A DNA stretch of 63,375 nucleotides, filler included, from Aduncisulcus paluster (taxonomy: Eukaryota): the NCBI GenBank assembly GCA_024181965.1. It is 9 parts of 9 records of this genome, joined end to end, with 100 filler letters (N's around TTAATTAATTAA, not from the genome) between each part and the next. Parts side by side here need not be neighbours in the genome. Positions count along the whole stretch, not along the records: positions 47,469 to 55,859 come from BQXS01011056.1; positions 55,960 to 63,375 come from BQXS01011057.1; 7 more parts are not named here. One strand, written 5' to 3'. The translations under genes and the position numbers were made by a program. This document shows positions 47,369 to 60,563 of this stretch, in pieces (positions within the stretch are counted from its first letter, which is position 1; every line of letters begins with the position of its first letter). The notes under the pieces were generated by a model that was not told where the DNA came from, did no database searches, and worked only from the letters and a program-made list of their open reading frames with translations.

Positions 47369-47468
47369 NNNNNNNNNNNNNNNNNNNNNNNNNNNNNNNN
47401 NNNNNNNNNNNNTTAATTAATTAANNNNNNNNNNNNNNNNNNNNNNNNNNNNNNNNNNNNNNNNNNNN
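47369..47468. other. artificial contig spacer
   Basis: N-TTAATTAATTAA-N. Confidence 0.97.
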
Positions 47469-48839
47469 GGGGCAATGATTGAGGAATATGTCTCTTCTTC
47501 TTTTCCCATTTCTTTGTCATTATTATCTGAAATGGATAGTTTAACATGTTTTGATGGGTCATGATGGCGTGTTTCAGCATATTTTGAAAGATATTCAACT
47601 GCATCTTTGAGCACATACAGGAAAGGTTTGACTTCCAATCCTACAGAGTGATATATTTCGAGGGAAGAATCACGATCGCTTGACTTGCTCGAAGATTCCT
47701 CTGATGGTTTGTGCTTTGTATACCATTGCGTGAAGCCCAATGATATTTGTTTGAGACAGATATCAGACCCAGTGAGGGAAGTGAAGAAGACATGGGGAAG
47801 GGAATGTTCGACGATTGAACTTTCTTTGTTCCTCAGAGATATACAGAATTTAGTGAATATATGTTCAACTATATCGAAAACAAAGCCGGGAGACGATGAA
47901 CAGCTCGAGGGAAGAAGAAGAAGAAGGAGAAGAAGGAGAGGAGGATGAGGACATTAGACTTCCATATACTGTGGTGGTTGCACACTTTCTTATCCGTCTC
48001 AATGCACAACATAGACTGAGAGAAACTGACATTATTATGGAAGGTATACTGGAAAGAATAGGAATGGATGATTCTGGTAATTCCGTTGAAAATAGGGGAT
48101 TTAAGGAGTCTGAATCATCTATTTTACATCCATGGAGATATTTTTTTTGCAGATATGTGATAATTTTCCGTATATCAGGGTGAAATGTTTGGAATATTTC
48201 ATTTGATATGTAATCCAGAATATATTCCGAAGAAACGCCTAAAATAAAGCATAAAGAAAGGATATATATGAATTTGTTTATAAAAAATGAAAGTTTTGCC
48301 CCTTTGTCACTTGAACTAAGTTTGAAGAAACACTTCAAAAGACCTGTCGAGAATTTATGGGAAATGGGAAGTAATGGATCATACTGAGCCAATAATGGGG
48401 ATATATGGAGAAGATTATTAGAGTGAAGTTCGCGTAGCCATTCCGAAACGAAGGATTTAAAGACGGACAAAGTATTATTCTTTAATTCCTTATGTAAATC
48501 TGTAGAACCAACTTTGGAATGCGATTTAACTTGGAATATACTCTGAAAAGAGGAATATTGCTCCTCAAGTGAAGGTATTTGAGAGGGATTCTTTTGGAAT
48601 TGCGAAATACAGTGAAAAGCTGATGATTCAGAATCTTTATGAATTTTTTCCTGCTTTTCAGATATATTTTTAAGATATTTTTCTAGTTTTGTTTTCTTCT
48701 CCACTTCGAGAGATGCTAGACAGGATGTCACTTCTGTTTTGAGAGTTTCTACAAATTTATGAGTATCTTCAGCATCAGATTTGAAAAAAGAAATCTTTTT
48801 CAATTTGGATCGTAATTCAGAAGGATAAAAAATATCCAT
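47469..48839 (-). CDS. hypothetical protein, frameshift near 47909-47911, 3' partial
   Basis: Removing one base of GGG joins the 48839 ORF to SSCSSSPGFVFDIVEHIFTKFC...GFTQWYTK, which runs to the contig edge. Confidence 0.65.
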
Positions 48840-49142
48840 TATTCCGGACGAAAAAATGTAAATTGTGTATTAATAATAATATAATGCTACGAAATTAGCT
48901 TTTCAATTTATTTGAATGGTGTTATGTTGTAACCTTCATTCATTATATTATTATCCTCTCAAAAAGCTGAGGATAGGTCAAACGAGATCTTAAGATAGTT
49001 ATGTGAAATTAAATTGAAGAATATAATTCAGTTGTTTATAGTGTGGATCCTTAATTATATTTTTTTATGTTAATAGTTGAAAATATTCAAAGAACCTTTG
49101 AAAACAGCCACTGTTATCTTTTCTCGCGAACATTGATCTTGA

Positions 49143-52100
49143 ATGCCGCAAAAACATACATACAATTCAGAATTTGGAAGCAGTGCGCCATTATATGCCA
49201 GGACTTTGGCCATACATGCTAGAAAAGAGAAAAAGATAAAAGCTAAAAAACAAGCCATGATAGAAGATGAAATTTCTCAATGTTCTTTTAAACCCAAGAT
49301 CAACGCTGTTAGTCAATTGTTATATCGGGAAATTGGACACCATGAAAGGTGGGAACAACGCAGAAGAGCTTCAATTGAAAGAAAACGTCAACAGTTACGC
49401 CAAACAGAAGAGAAAGCTTGTACAGGACATCCTATAATATCTGAACGTTCCAGACGGCTTGCTCAAAAAGGAAATAGATCCAAAACTCCATTTTCTGAGC
49501 GTTTATCTCATCAGCCCAAAAAGAAATATTCAGATCAGCCAAGTACACCATCACAATCTCTTAGACCAATTGATAAAGGATATAACCGTTCAAGATCAGC
49601 CCATGCCAGGATTTCTCGCCAGGTATCCGCTAGTGATCGTCTCTACCGACAAGCTAAGGAACGTGAGGAGAGATTAGAGCTAAAACGACGTCTAGTTGTT
49701 GCTCAAGAGATGGAAACCATCAACCAAATGCGTCGGGAGTTACATAAGCGGACTCATCAATCTTCCTTTGATCTCCCCTCATCACCTGAGCAACGAGGAT
49801 CAAATACCTCTGATTCATATCTTTCTCCGTCTTCAAGAGGTCATTCACAAGCCCCTGTAAAGTCCCATCGTCGTGCTCGTTCCCTTCACTCCCTCTCTCC
49901 AACTTATCGTGAGCACATGTTCAAGAAGGAGTTCGCACAGAGTGCTGCCAAAGCCAGAGATCAGCAACAACGCAGTTCACACACTTCCTCCCATGGTGTC
50001 TCTCGTCCTTCCCATGGTCGCTCAAAGTCTCTGTCAAGTAGGGAACAAGGACTATCTGCTTCTCCTCAGTTCTCTTCTGGTTCCTCTCCTAGGAGCAAGG
50101 ATACATTCCGTTCGTTGATTGAACGTGGTCGTCTGAATGCCGAGCGAAAGGAGGAACTACGTCAACAGGCTCTGTTCAGAATCAGGAAGAGCAGTATCCC
50201 AACTATCAATACTCGTAGTAAGCAGATCGCTACCACGATGGTCGAGAAAACTGGAAAATCCATCACAGATCGACTCTCTAGGGGCATCCATAATGTCAAG
50301 GATAGTACCCTGAAAGAATTGCTCGACAAGGAGCTCAAGGAGTTCACATTCAAACCCACTATATCGAATATTTCCCTTGGTATCGACGAAGAAATCAAGC
50401 GTAAAGACCTTATATTTGAAGGTGACAGCGAACGAGAGTCTGATCGTCGTGAGTTGATAGGAAAGAGGCACCAACGTCACAAGGAGAAAATGGAAAAACT
50501 CAAACAACAGTTGATTGAAGAAGAGATGTCCGATTGTACTTTTAGTCCTCGTATTTCTCCTTCTCCTCAGAATATCTTACACTCTGCAAGCGGCAGTGTC
50601 ATTGGCATTGACAGTCCTGTGCAGGATCAGTCCCATCGTCGATCTTCTCTCTCTGATGGCTCCAAGAGGATGTCAGCCTCCATGATGCGCACAAGCAACT
50701 CTGAGCATTCACTCCATTCACCTCTTAAGCACCAACTATACACAAACCCTTACCTTGCTCAGGTGGATGCCATGTCCTTCGAACGTGATCGTGGGATGTC
50801 ATTGTCATCTATCTCAAATGCAGACTCTCATGCTGACAGTGAAATGACTGACCCTGCACCTGTGCCACAATCCGGGGAAGAGGACGCCATTGCCCAACAC
50901 CCCATGCCCGAGACCATTGAAGAAGGCGCCGGTCATATATCTCCTTCAGTGATTAGGACTCAGACGGCTGTTCCTCAGCATCCATCAAAGTCACATGGCG
51001 TGTCTGCGGCTGCCCTTGCAGCTTCAAAGTCTCCTGGAAAGCACAGGGAAGACATGTGGAAGTCATATTCATTCTCTCAGCCTTCTCATACCCGTCCTTT
51101 CCACTCTTCTGCCTCTTTCTCCTCCTCTTCCAATGAACGTGGTCAAAGTGGATCTGGGGGCTCTGGACAACCACAGATGGGTTCATATTCAACCCTGCCC
51201 CCACATTCCTCCTTTTCTCCCCAACAACACTCGTATTCGATGAAAACTTTAGCCAGGGAACTAAGGGATCGAGAAAGGAGAGAAGAACTGATCAGACTCG
51301 AACGCAGAAAGAAACAGGATCTTGAGGATCGAGAGACAAGACAACGTAAGGAGAGGGCAAGGAAACAGTGGGAACAAAGAGAAAAGGAAGAATGGAAACG
51401 TTTCCAAAAGGAACGAGTTGTTCCTCGCAAAGAACTCTCGACATCAACCCAGAACCTTGGCGGTGTTAAGGCCTCATCCGCTGCCACTTTAGCTGCTGGG
51501 GGTCAGAATAGAGGTTATTCCAACCCTCATGCTCAGCACAGGATTCCAATTCGGGAGGGTGAGAAGAAGGATCGGACAGATCTTGAGCTTGAGTCTCAAC
51601 GCTGGGGCGAACTCCGAGAGATGGAGCGTGAAAAGGAGAGAGCCAAAGCCCGTGAAATGTTACGGATGACCCTTTCATCAAGCATGAATATGAATGGACA
51701 GCCTCAACGTAGTCCTCATCCACATGCCCCGTCTAATCCCATTGCTTCTGAAGAACCTCTCATTTCGTCTCCTTCTGTTCAGCAGGTTGTTGGAGATGAT
51801 TCTGCTTCATATGGAGCCCAGGTTTCTGGAGAAGGCTATATCAACCCAGAAGACCTTGAAGATGGGTCAGGTGTTGTGATCTGTCCAAGCCCCAATCCTC
51901 CCCCAAGGCCTGTTGGACACTCTCAATATTATCTCCAGCAACAAGAGAGAAAGAAGAAATCTGGATTGATCGCTCCTCCGAAGGTGAAGGAGTTTGTGAC
52001 ATCCTCTCGGCCTGGAGCCACTGGGTCTCCCCCAGGTGCTCTTCAAAGTTCTGCTGGATCCGACAATCCTCTTCCCAACGGCCGAGTTGTTCCTTCTCCT

Positions 52101-52431
52101 CATTCCTCTTCAACTGTTTCTTCCCACACTCGTATCGGAGGTCCATCTGCAAAACCTTCCCGTTCATCTCATCCACCTTCCAGCACACAACAACATGATC
52201 CATCAAGACCAACATACACTCCTCACAACAATCGGATCTTCTTCTTCTTCTTCTGCACACTCACATGATATCTTGATGGATGATCACTTTGATTCTGTTC
52301 ACCATACAATGGGGTCTTCTTCAACTGGAGCTCATGGGACGAATACAGAGGATGATGAGTGGTTCGAAGGTGTCCTCGAAAGTCTCGTCGGAAAACGTGG
52401 GGTCGAGAAATTGATTGTTGATGATTTGTGA
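49143..52431 (+). CDS. low-complexity coiled-coil protein with [CF](S/T)FxPxI repeats; probable frameshift near 52230
   Basis: CSFKPKIN, FTFKPTIS, CTFSPRIS; the ORF ends in RIFFFFF, while the +1 frame continues GSSSSSSAH...EWFEGVLE to 52431. Confidence 0.7.
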
Positions 52432-53423
52432 GTTTATCCTTTTTGGGGCATTTTCGATATTTTGTTATTCTATTTTATTTGTTAGTATTCGCAGAATGTC
52501 ATGAATTTGGAATTGTACTCATCTCCTTGTCAGTAAGTATCATGGAATCAATCACAATCCTTCCGTTGGAAAATGGTTGACTTTTTTTTGCTTACATTGT
52601 TCTTGATTATCATGAGTGAGTGAACGTTATCATTTTTATATATAAGATTATTATGATTATTCTTATTCCACCAATCTAATTCGGTTTGATTATTAAAATA
52701 TTCTGATACTGATCGTATATTCCAGCAAACTTTGTTATTCGTGATGATTATCAATCATCTATCCTATTTTTATATTCTGTTCAATTGAAATATGGGAATG
52801 GCTCGTCAAGGGTTCTGATAAGATGATAATATTTATTTTTGATGTTTTTGTCAACTTCTTTTTATATTCGAATTATCGTTCTGAACTTACCTTTTTATCT
52901 ATATATGGTTATTATAAGTTAAAATGATTCCCATTTTCATTAATAATATGATTCTTTTTTATTTTTTTAATTAATTTATAGATTTTTCCCAGCTCAACTT
53001 GTATTGAGGTTGGGGATAAGTCGAATGTAATCCCTATGTTGTATATTTGCATTATCATTTGCTTCAAAAAAATTATTGGTCTCTTTTCTTGATAAAATAA
53101 AACTCTTATCTCACTACAAAGATCGATATCACTCCGGCGTATTATTACAGGTCATTTGAATAAATATCAATAAAATATAAATTAACTTGAATGATAATCT
53201 TACTTTATTTCCTATATCTATGGAAAATTGAAGAATTACAATACTTACATTATTTTCTTTCGAAACCCCTTCTTTTGCCATCGAATAATGATTATTGAAT
53301 CATTATTAAATTACATAACATGTGTTAAAACCATTCGTATGTTGCTTTTATCTTTATGTTGTTTGCATCCTATTTGAAAATATTTGAATTTTTTTCATTA
53401 TTGTTGTTTTATTTAATTATTTT

Positions 53424-55859
53424 ATGATATCAGCTGAGCAATCATTGCTTATGGATCTAATTTTGAAATTAGAATTCGCTGATGTTGCTGATATCGTCCG
53501 TTTGGATTTATCTGGGTTTATTCTTTGTGATAAGTTCGTTGACGATGTTGTTATTCCTCTTCTGCATGTACTCCCCAATTTAGGATTTATTCGCCTCGCT
53601 AACTATGTCGAACAACGACAATCCTCATCTATCTATCAACATACTCATCCTCTGAGTTCTGCTGGTGTTCTTCGTTTACTTTGTGAACTCCAAGCATATC
53701 AAATATATGCCCTTTCCAATCCAATGAAAGAATTTATACGAAAAAAATCAATGTCTACAGCTACTGGGGAAAATAATGAAGTCTCCTCAGGAACAAAACA
53801 GAATCTGGAGCTTATTGACAAAGATATGTCCAACAACCAATGTCCTGGAAAAAAAGAGGAAGATCTTGAGCCAAAAGACTCGAACCCGATTCAATCCAAA
53901 CTTGAGAAAGTCTTGGATGCCTCTGAAAATACATCTGATTCTTCTGACTTGAATGATGGAGATTCAACGGAATATGATTCTTCCTCATTAGATTCCTCCT
54001 CCATTCCCTCATTTTCTTCCTCTTCAGAATCATCAGACCAAAAAGATGAGTTTTGTCAAAAACCAATGAAACCTAACTTAACCCGTTCTTTGAAATGGTC
54101 ATCCAAAAAGGAGAAAAATGAATCAAATCTAGCCTCTCTTGTCGTTCCCCCCTTGTCTCTCTCCTCTATCTCTCCCTTCTCCTCTAAATCTCTTCGAGTT
54201 TCCTTTGGTCTTGAGTTCAAGCCTCTCCCTCAGCGTAATTTGTCTGAAATGATAGACCATTTAGTCATGTTTCGTCGTGCATCTACTCTCTTGGACCCAG
54301 CTTATCCGCTTCCACAGACAAAGTCACTTCTTGATGCTGCCGTTCTCACAAATGTTCTCTGGTTCCTTGTGGACACCCACTCGCTGACTGGAATGAACTA
54401 TGGCTTCGATATGTTCCTTGAAATTGAACACATTACACCGTTATTCGTGAAAGAGTTTTTCTTGTTCGGTTCGTACTCCGATAGTTTATTCGGTGATGGA
54501 AGATATTCCTGTGAATGTGTCCAATGTAAGAAGCGCAATGCATTATTTATTGAAGATGTTAAATATCTCTCGAATTTTGGCGTTTTTTCAGATCCCTTTG
54601 TTTCAAAAATGGAATCTATNNNNNNNNNNNNNNNNNNNNCCTTGAAATTGAACACATTACACCGTTATTCGTGAAAGAGTTTTTCTTGTTCGGTTCGTAC
54701 TCCGATAGTTTATTCGGTGATGGAAGATATTCCTGTGAATGTGTCCAATGTAAGAAGCGCAATGCATTATTTATTGAAGATGTTAAATATCTCTCGAATT
54801 TTGGCGTTTTTTCAGATCCCTTTGTTTCAAAAATGGAATCTATCCAAGAAGACTATGAAATGAGTTCAATCAATTCGATGGATCTAGACCTAACCCGTGT
54901 AGTGCCTCCACATTCTGATTTGATGTGCATTATTATCTCTCAGTTCCCATATAATGATCTGTGCCTCGAAGAAACAGGATTTGATGTGGGTGATCTGATT
55001 GATTGTATGGAATTTATGAAGAAACGATTCAAATTTGCTTTGGACATTAGGGAAAAGAAGAGGAGAAAGAATAAGAAAGAAACTGAAGATAAAGGAAAAG
55101 AAGGAGCCATCAAACTTCCTTATTTTATTTCTGAGCTTGATCCTTCCCTTTCAGAGTGTGAATTCCAACGATCTCTTGGAGCATCTTGCATGGCTGGGCC
55201 ATCCCGTGTATCAAATAACACTCTTTCGTATGTTATGGATTCTCCGATGAGCTTTCTTGAGGACTATTGTGAATATTCTCCCGATCTATCAAAGTTTTCT
55301 GAAGATGTTGGCAAATTATGGAAAGTAGTGGTTAAATTAGTCTCAAACGAATTCTTTCTTCCGCCACATGAAGCCGATCGTGCAGAAATATTAGATGAAA
55401 TCGTTGCAAATATTAAACAATTAGAAAAAATAGCTCGTGAATCTAAAATAACAGTTCTGGATGGTATGGAGATAGAAAATGAAAAAGAAAATGAAGAAGA
55501 AAAGGAAGAAGAAAAGGAAGAAGAGGAAGAAGAGACAGAGACAGAAGAAGGAGATCTACAAGAAGAAGATGATGAAGAGGAGGGAAGTTCTGAGTCTATA
55601 TCTTCTTCCAGTGGAGATTCTACTAGTCTATACGGGTATGAGACCGTATCCATATATTCACGTCCCCTAGCCTCACCCTATGTGATAGTCGCAGCCATTG
55701 TTAAGCTTATTCCTATGACAGATTCCCTGGATCAGTTGAGTATTGCTGACTCGGAAGGGGAGGGGATGAAAGATCGAGCTAGATCCAAATCAGACGCAAT
55801 CAATGCTCTGTATTCAATGTGCTCTATTTGTGAAAGGGAGTATAAGAACAGAATGGAAG
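53424..55859 (+). CDS. hypothetical protein with RNI/LRR-like N-terminus and acidic tract; ORFs 53424 and 54671 are one gene; 3' partial
   Basis: IVRLDLSG..LCD...LPNLGFIRL; 204-bp gap duplication 54416-54619 = 54640-54843. Confidence 0.7.
54416..54843. repeat. 204-bp duplication across a 20-N gap; scaffold artefact
   Basis: Direct copies on both sides of the Ns. Confidence 0.9.
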
Positions 55860-55959
55860 NNNNNNNNNNNNNNNNNNNNNNNNNNNNNNNNNNNNNNNNN
55901 NNNTTAATTAATTAANNNNNNNNNNNNNNNNNNNNNNNNNNNNNNNNNNNNNNNNNNNN
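55860..55959. other. artificial contig spacer
   Basis: N-TTAATTAATTAA-N. Confidence 0.97.
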
Positions 55960-58516
55960 ATGGTATTCAATGATAATGGGTGGTGAACGTGGAGAGCCTA
56001 CCGAGTATGACACACCAGAAGGAGAAATCAGTTCCCCCTTGGAAGAGAGTTTATGCTCACCATCACTCTCTGTGGCAGAAGAAGACCTCATCCGAGCTGA
56101 CTGTGCCTTGTATCTCTGAATCACACTGCTGAGACACTGTGAAGCAATAGAAAGGACCTGAATCTGAGGAATAGTCAGAGAGTCAGCAATATCCTGGTTG
56201 ACAATGGCACCATGAAGTGAAGAATCAGCCTTTTTCCCTCTAGATGATCCCATTCCACACACAATATCAACAAGACCGTCAAGAAGGACAACACCAACGT
56301 TCCAACAACAAGCGCATTCATTCTGTAAGAATTCAACAACCTCTTCAGGGTATCCACACATGCATGAACGGACCTCCTCGGTTTCTCCTTGATGCAAAAG
56401 AAGTGTTCCAATCTGTTCACGTGTGGAGGAAGAGAGAGAGGTGAGCAGTGAAGCAAGAGGAAGACGAAGGGAAGGGAGGAAAAGAGAGGCCGTGGGTAGA
56501 AGGGAGAAGAAGCAAGTGAGACAGGAAAGAGGCGGATGCTGAGTCAAAATATGAAGGAAAGAAGCCAACGATTTGCTCAACAGAGCCACATGTGGACTGT
56601 CAGCATCAGAGGGAGTATGAGAACCACTCACGACAATTCCTCCACCAACACTCAGTAACTCTGTCTGTCTAGCGGTAGATGTGGCAATCCCTGTTCCATT
56701 CTTGGCCTTATCTCCGTCAAATCTCTTAATCCCAGTGCCATCATGCGAAAACACAGCTGCCAACTCTGCACCTGCCCTTGCACACTGTGTCATCACACTC
56801 CAATGAACACGACGACTCCCTTGTTCAAGTAATCTGTCAACAAATGATGTGAATATCACAAGACACTGCTCGGGTGCAGCGAATGCAATGTCAGCACAAA
56901 TGGACATCCCGTCGGCCTGTTCGACAGGTGAGCGTGCTGATGGTGCCAGAGAGCTATAAAACAGATATACGTCGGAGACAGATGGTGCAGATAGGGTAGA
57001 GATATCGGGTGAGAATGAATTTGATGTGATGGATGTTGATGACGCCGTTGAAGAAGAAGACGAAGAGGCATCAACTTTTGTCCGAAGAGATCCTTTTTCT
57101 CCTACATTGGTGGAATTATGGGGTGTCATGCCATGGATCTGGGCGCTCCCTTGAACGTTACCTCCAAGAGCTCTCCCTCTGTCCCATCCTTTCCCACTGC
57201 GTTTCACCTCATTTAACACACAAGCCAAAGTATGGATGAGAACACCGACACCCTCTTTTGAACACTCTCTCCTGAGTGCCTGCAAGAGTTGAATATGGGC
57301 AGAAGGATCATTGGGAGGACACAAACAAAGCATAAGACGGGCAGATATATGGGATAACGACGGGGACGAGAGGAATGGGACCAAATGGGGAACTGTAATA
57401 TCGGGAAGGATGGCAGCAGCAACCGCAGGAGAAAGAGATACGATATTGGAGTGCACCCCACAAATAAAATTGACCAGGGCAGTGAGAATGGTTCCAGTGG
57501 CACTATTTAAGCCACTTGTTACTGCATGCAGCAATTTAATATACTCTCCAGTGGAAACCAGACACGTTTCTGCAGTTATCGCGATCTTCTCAGTAGCGAG
57601 TGACAGGATGGCAGTGGATGCACGTTTTGGAACAGAAGAAATCGAACGAAGGAAACACTCTCCGGCTTCACGACGAGGATCAAATGTTGCCATGACATCG
57701 AGAGCACCAAAAGAATGGTCACTTAGTACTTTCTCAGTACATTGAGAAAGTTGTTGAAGAGAGGAACGAATAGCACGACGATCAAGGACAGTACGTGCGG
57801 TTGCGGATCCGACCATCCCTCGGGAGGCTGCAGAACTGTGTGCAGAGAGAGCAGATCTAGTATGAGAGGTACGAGGAGTCCTTGATCCTCCTCTTGGTTG
57901 CTGTTGAGATGTCGACTGTGAATGATATCCACCCTGTTGTTGTTGGACTTCTTCGGTTACTTTCTTATGCCTTGTCAAGTAATGCGATGGCTTTCCAATC
58001 TTTTTGGTCCCAGACCTCTTCACAGGAGCTGACGAGGAAGGTTGTATAATAATTTGCGGTGGAGCACGTCTATCAGTCAAAAAGGTAAAGGTTGTCGATA
58101 ATATTGGATACACAGCATCCTCTTTCTGCTCTTTCATATCTTCAATCATAGTATCGGAGATACCAACTCTTTTCTTGTCTAAAAACTTTTTAAGATGACC
58201 CCAATTCAAATCTTTAATTTGGGAACTTGCACCATTGACATATGAATGCATTTCAACATCAGATGGAAAGTATCGAGAAAAAATTTCAGCTAGTAAAACT
58301 CCATTGGCAAAATCTCTAAACAATAACAGATAAAAATTATAATAAAGAGATAGTGAATCGTAAAAATTCATTGTAAATTACATTTTAAATTCATTTTACA
58401 CAAGATATTATGTACAAAAAAGTAAACACGAAAATACCAACATACCTCTTTGGATTTTTGATGGGAAATGAGAGATCAAGACTTTGAAGCCATTTTAACA
58501 ATTCTCTGGGAAGCAT
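55960..58516 (-). CDS. SPATA4: SPATA4-like CH-domain ciliary protein; exons 58516-58446, 58315-55960; 3' partial
   Basis: MLPRELLKWLQSLDLSFPIKNPKR|DFANGVLLAEIFSRYFP...NW across a 130-nt GTATGT...TTTAG intron. Confidence 0.85.
58316..58445 (-). other. spliceosomal intron (130 nt)
   Basis: GTATGT...TTTAG; splicing restores the conserved KNPKRDF motif. Confidence 0.9.
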
Positions 58517-58967
58517 TTTCCCCGCCAATGTAGACAAAAATGGCCCAGCAAGATCTCTTCATTCAGAACTGAAAATATATGAAGTAAACTGTATTGCATA
58601 ATTTTAAGAGATAATATTCTTGATGAAAACAATAATACAAAATGCGGAATTTGCTTTTTTCAATCAATAGATTTAAAATCTAAGATTTTTTGCTGGAATT
58701 CATATGTAAAGACCAAAGATTAAAGATTTTCTTTTATATTATGATAGTAAAACATATAAAGATTCTTTCAAAATAGTGATGAATTCATTATAACGGGTTG
58801 AACCCAAAGTGGTATGAAACATGAAAAAAAATGGATTCAGCGCCTGAAAAATATTTTCTCTATGATGAGTTCATTTAAAATTTATTGGCATCCTTTGCAA
58901 AAAGTGCGATTTTTCAAAAGATCGATGAAATTTTCAAAAATCCAAATTTCTCTCGTTACACAGATAC

Positions 58968-59939
58968 ATGTCAGATTCTTTTGTTGTAGAAAAAGATCAA
59001 GAGTATTCTAAATGGGGATACGGAACCACCAAGAGTTTTATCTCAATTGGAGATCCATATGTTGATGGATATAAAAAACAACTAACTCGTGGAACTGCCC
59101 CAACAGAAAAGACAAAGAAAGAACACAGGGTAGAATTCAAAACGAATCCTCCCAAGCGAGGAAAGGGCCCTGATGCTACGATTTCTGACTTCAAATCTAT
59201 TAATGTATCCAGCGATGGTTTCCATGCTGAATATAAGGATCAATACTTGGTTCAACGTGAAATCCAAGCTGAAGATCGTAAGAAACTTGAGAAAAAGGCC
59301 ACTTTTAAATTCCCCAATCCTCCCAAGAAGAGTACTGGTGCTGGATCTGACTTTGGTTGTTTATCTGCCCATTATGAGCATTTACCAGAGGCTCCAGAGA
59401 AGTCTGCTAAGCGTAAGGATGAGAAGGAGAAGAGACAATTCGTTCATTCTGTCCCAAAGAAGGGTAGTGGTGGAGTTCCTGGAACTGTCCTCAATCCTCT
59501 TCCTCCTCGCGAGGGTGAAGAGCCCTACATTGATGGATGGAGGCTTCAGACCATGAAACGGTCATCTGCCAAGAGTACTTTCTCCCAACCTCATCCAATG
59601 AAGGCTGGAAGGCCCAAGAATGATTTCTTTGACCCTAATCCTTATGGAGTTGATGAAAGCAAGATCCCCAAGAGCTCCAAGCCCAAGGCCGAAGCCAAGA
59701 AGGAGAAACCCAAGAAACAGATGTACAGCAATCCAAAGAGTAATGTTCTTGAGACATTCCCTGAGCATCAGACCGACGAATATGAACGTGTCGAGCAGGT
59801 CAAGAGAGAAATGTATAGCACTTCAAAACCCCTCAAGAAAGGAGGAGTTCAGAAGAAGGACTTTTGTTACGTTTCCCACGGCCATACCATCCCTTCAAGG
59901 AGTGTGATGTTCGGAAGATCCACGAGGGGTCGCAAATAA
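58968..59939 (+). CDS. CFAP96: CFAP96/C4orf47 (UPF0602)-like ciliary protein
   Basis: FISIGDPY, FKTNPPKRG..D..F, PPKKSTG.GS.FG, PKKGSGG motifs. Confidence 0.75.
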   Translation: MSDSFVVEKDQEYSKWGYGTTKSFISIGDPYVDGYKKQLTRGTAPTEKTKKEHRVEFKTNPPKRGKGPDATISDFKSINVSSDGFHAEYKDQYLVQREIQAEDRKKLEKKATFKFPNPPKKSTGAGSDFGCLSAHYEHLPEAPEKSAKRKDEKEKRQFVHSVPKKGSGGVPGTVLNPLPPREGEEPYIDGWRLQTMKRSSAKSTFSQPHPMKAGRPKNDFFDPNPYGVDESKIPKSSKPKAEAKKEKPKKQMYSNPKSNVLETFPEHQTDEYERVEQVKREMYSTSKPLKKGGVQKKDFCYVSHGHTIPSRSVMFGRSTRGRK

Positions 59940-60563
59940 TTATAATATGAGTTGTTTCTGAGGGAAAATACAGTACAAAAATTATGGTGAAGTGGATGAC
60001 GGACCTGATTTCAGAGATTTTTATTGTCATTTCATTTCAATTAGTTCGTGTATCATGAATCATGAATTGCGGTCCAGGAATACCTCTTTTCTTGTTATTT
60101 TAATAAAAAGTTTATTATCAAACATTAATTTTAATGAAAATAACTGAATGTGCAATCAAATTCATTATAATAACGTATAAACTCTATTTATATTGGGAAA
60201 AACAATAGAAATGACCATTCAGAACATTTCTATGGGGAATATTATTCTGGATAGACTTAAATGCATGTAAATTTAAGCCAAAGAATTCAATTTAACGTGA
60301 GATTTTGTTTAGAAGTCACGAAATGACAAAAATCTCATAATATCGCATCATAAAGCACCAAAAGTTTGAATCAGGTGAGAGAAAAAGATAAAATAAAGGA
60401 AAAAAATGAAAGGTAACGAATACCAGCCTTCCAAGAGGGAGTAGATTGAGAAAAAGAATGGCGGAAAAGCGAAAACAAGAAAAATGGATAAAAACAAAAT
60501 ACAAAAGATGGAATACAACTGACTAAAATTATTGGACAGATTTAATCTAATATATTTGACAAA

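Noticed and set aside
52132-52183. 52-nt GTATCG...CAG intron explaining the +1 shift
   Set aside because: Not AT-rich like the other introns, donor differs from GTATG, and the sequence reads as normal Ser/Pro-rich coding.
6148-54843. Internal protein repeats at the four 20-N gaps
   Set aside because: Copies directly flank the gaps and collapse to single genes; scaffold overlap artefacts.
4566-55959. Recurrent TTAATTAATTAA within N runs as a biological repeat
   Set aside because: Identical 100-nt spacers with stops in all six frames; an artificial concatenation linker.
26811-59939. Ciliary gene cluster (PF20, SPATA4, CFAP96, EF-hand)
   Set aside because: Genes lie on different concatenated contigs; only SPATA4/CFAP96 are truly adjacent.
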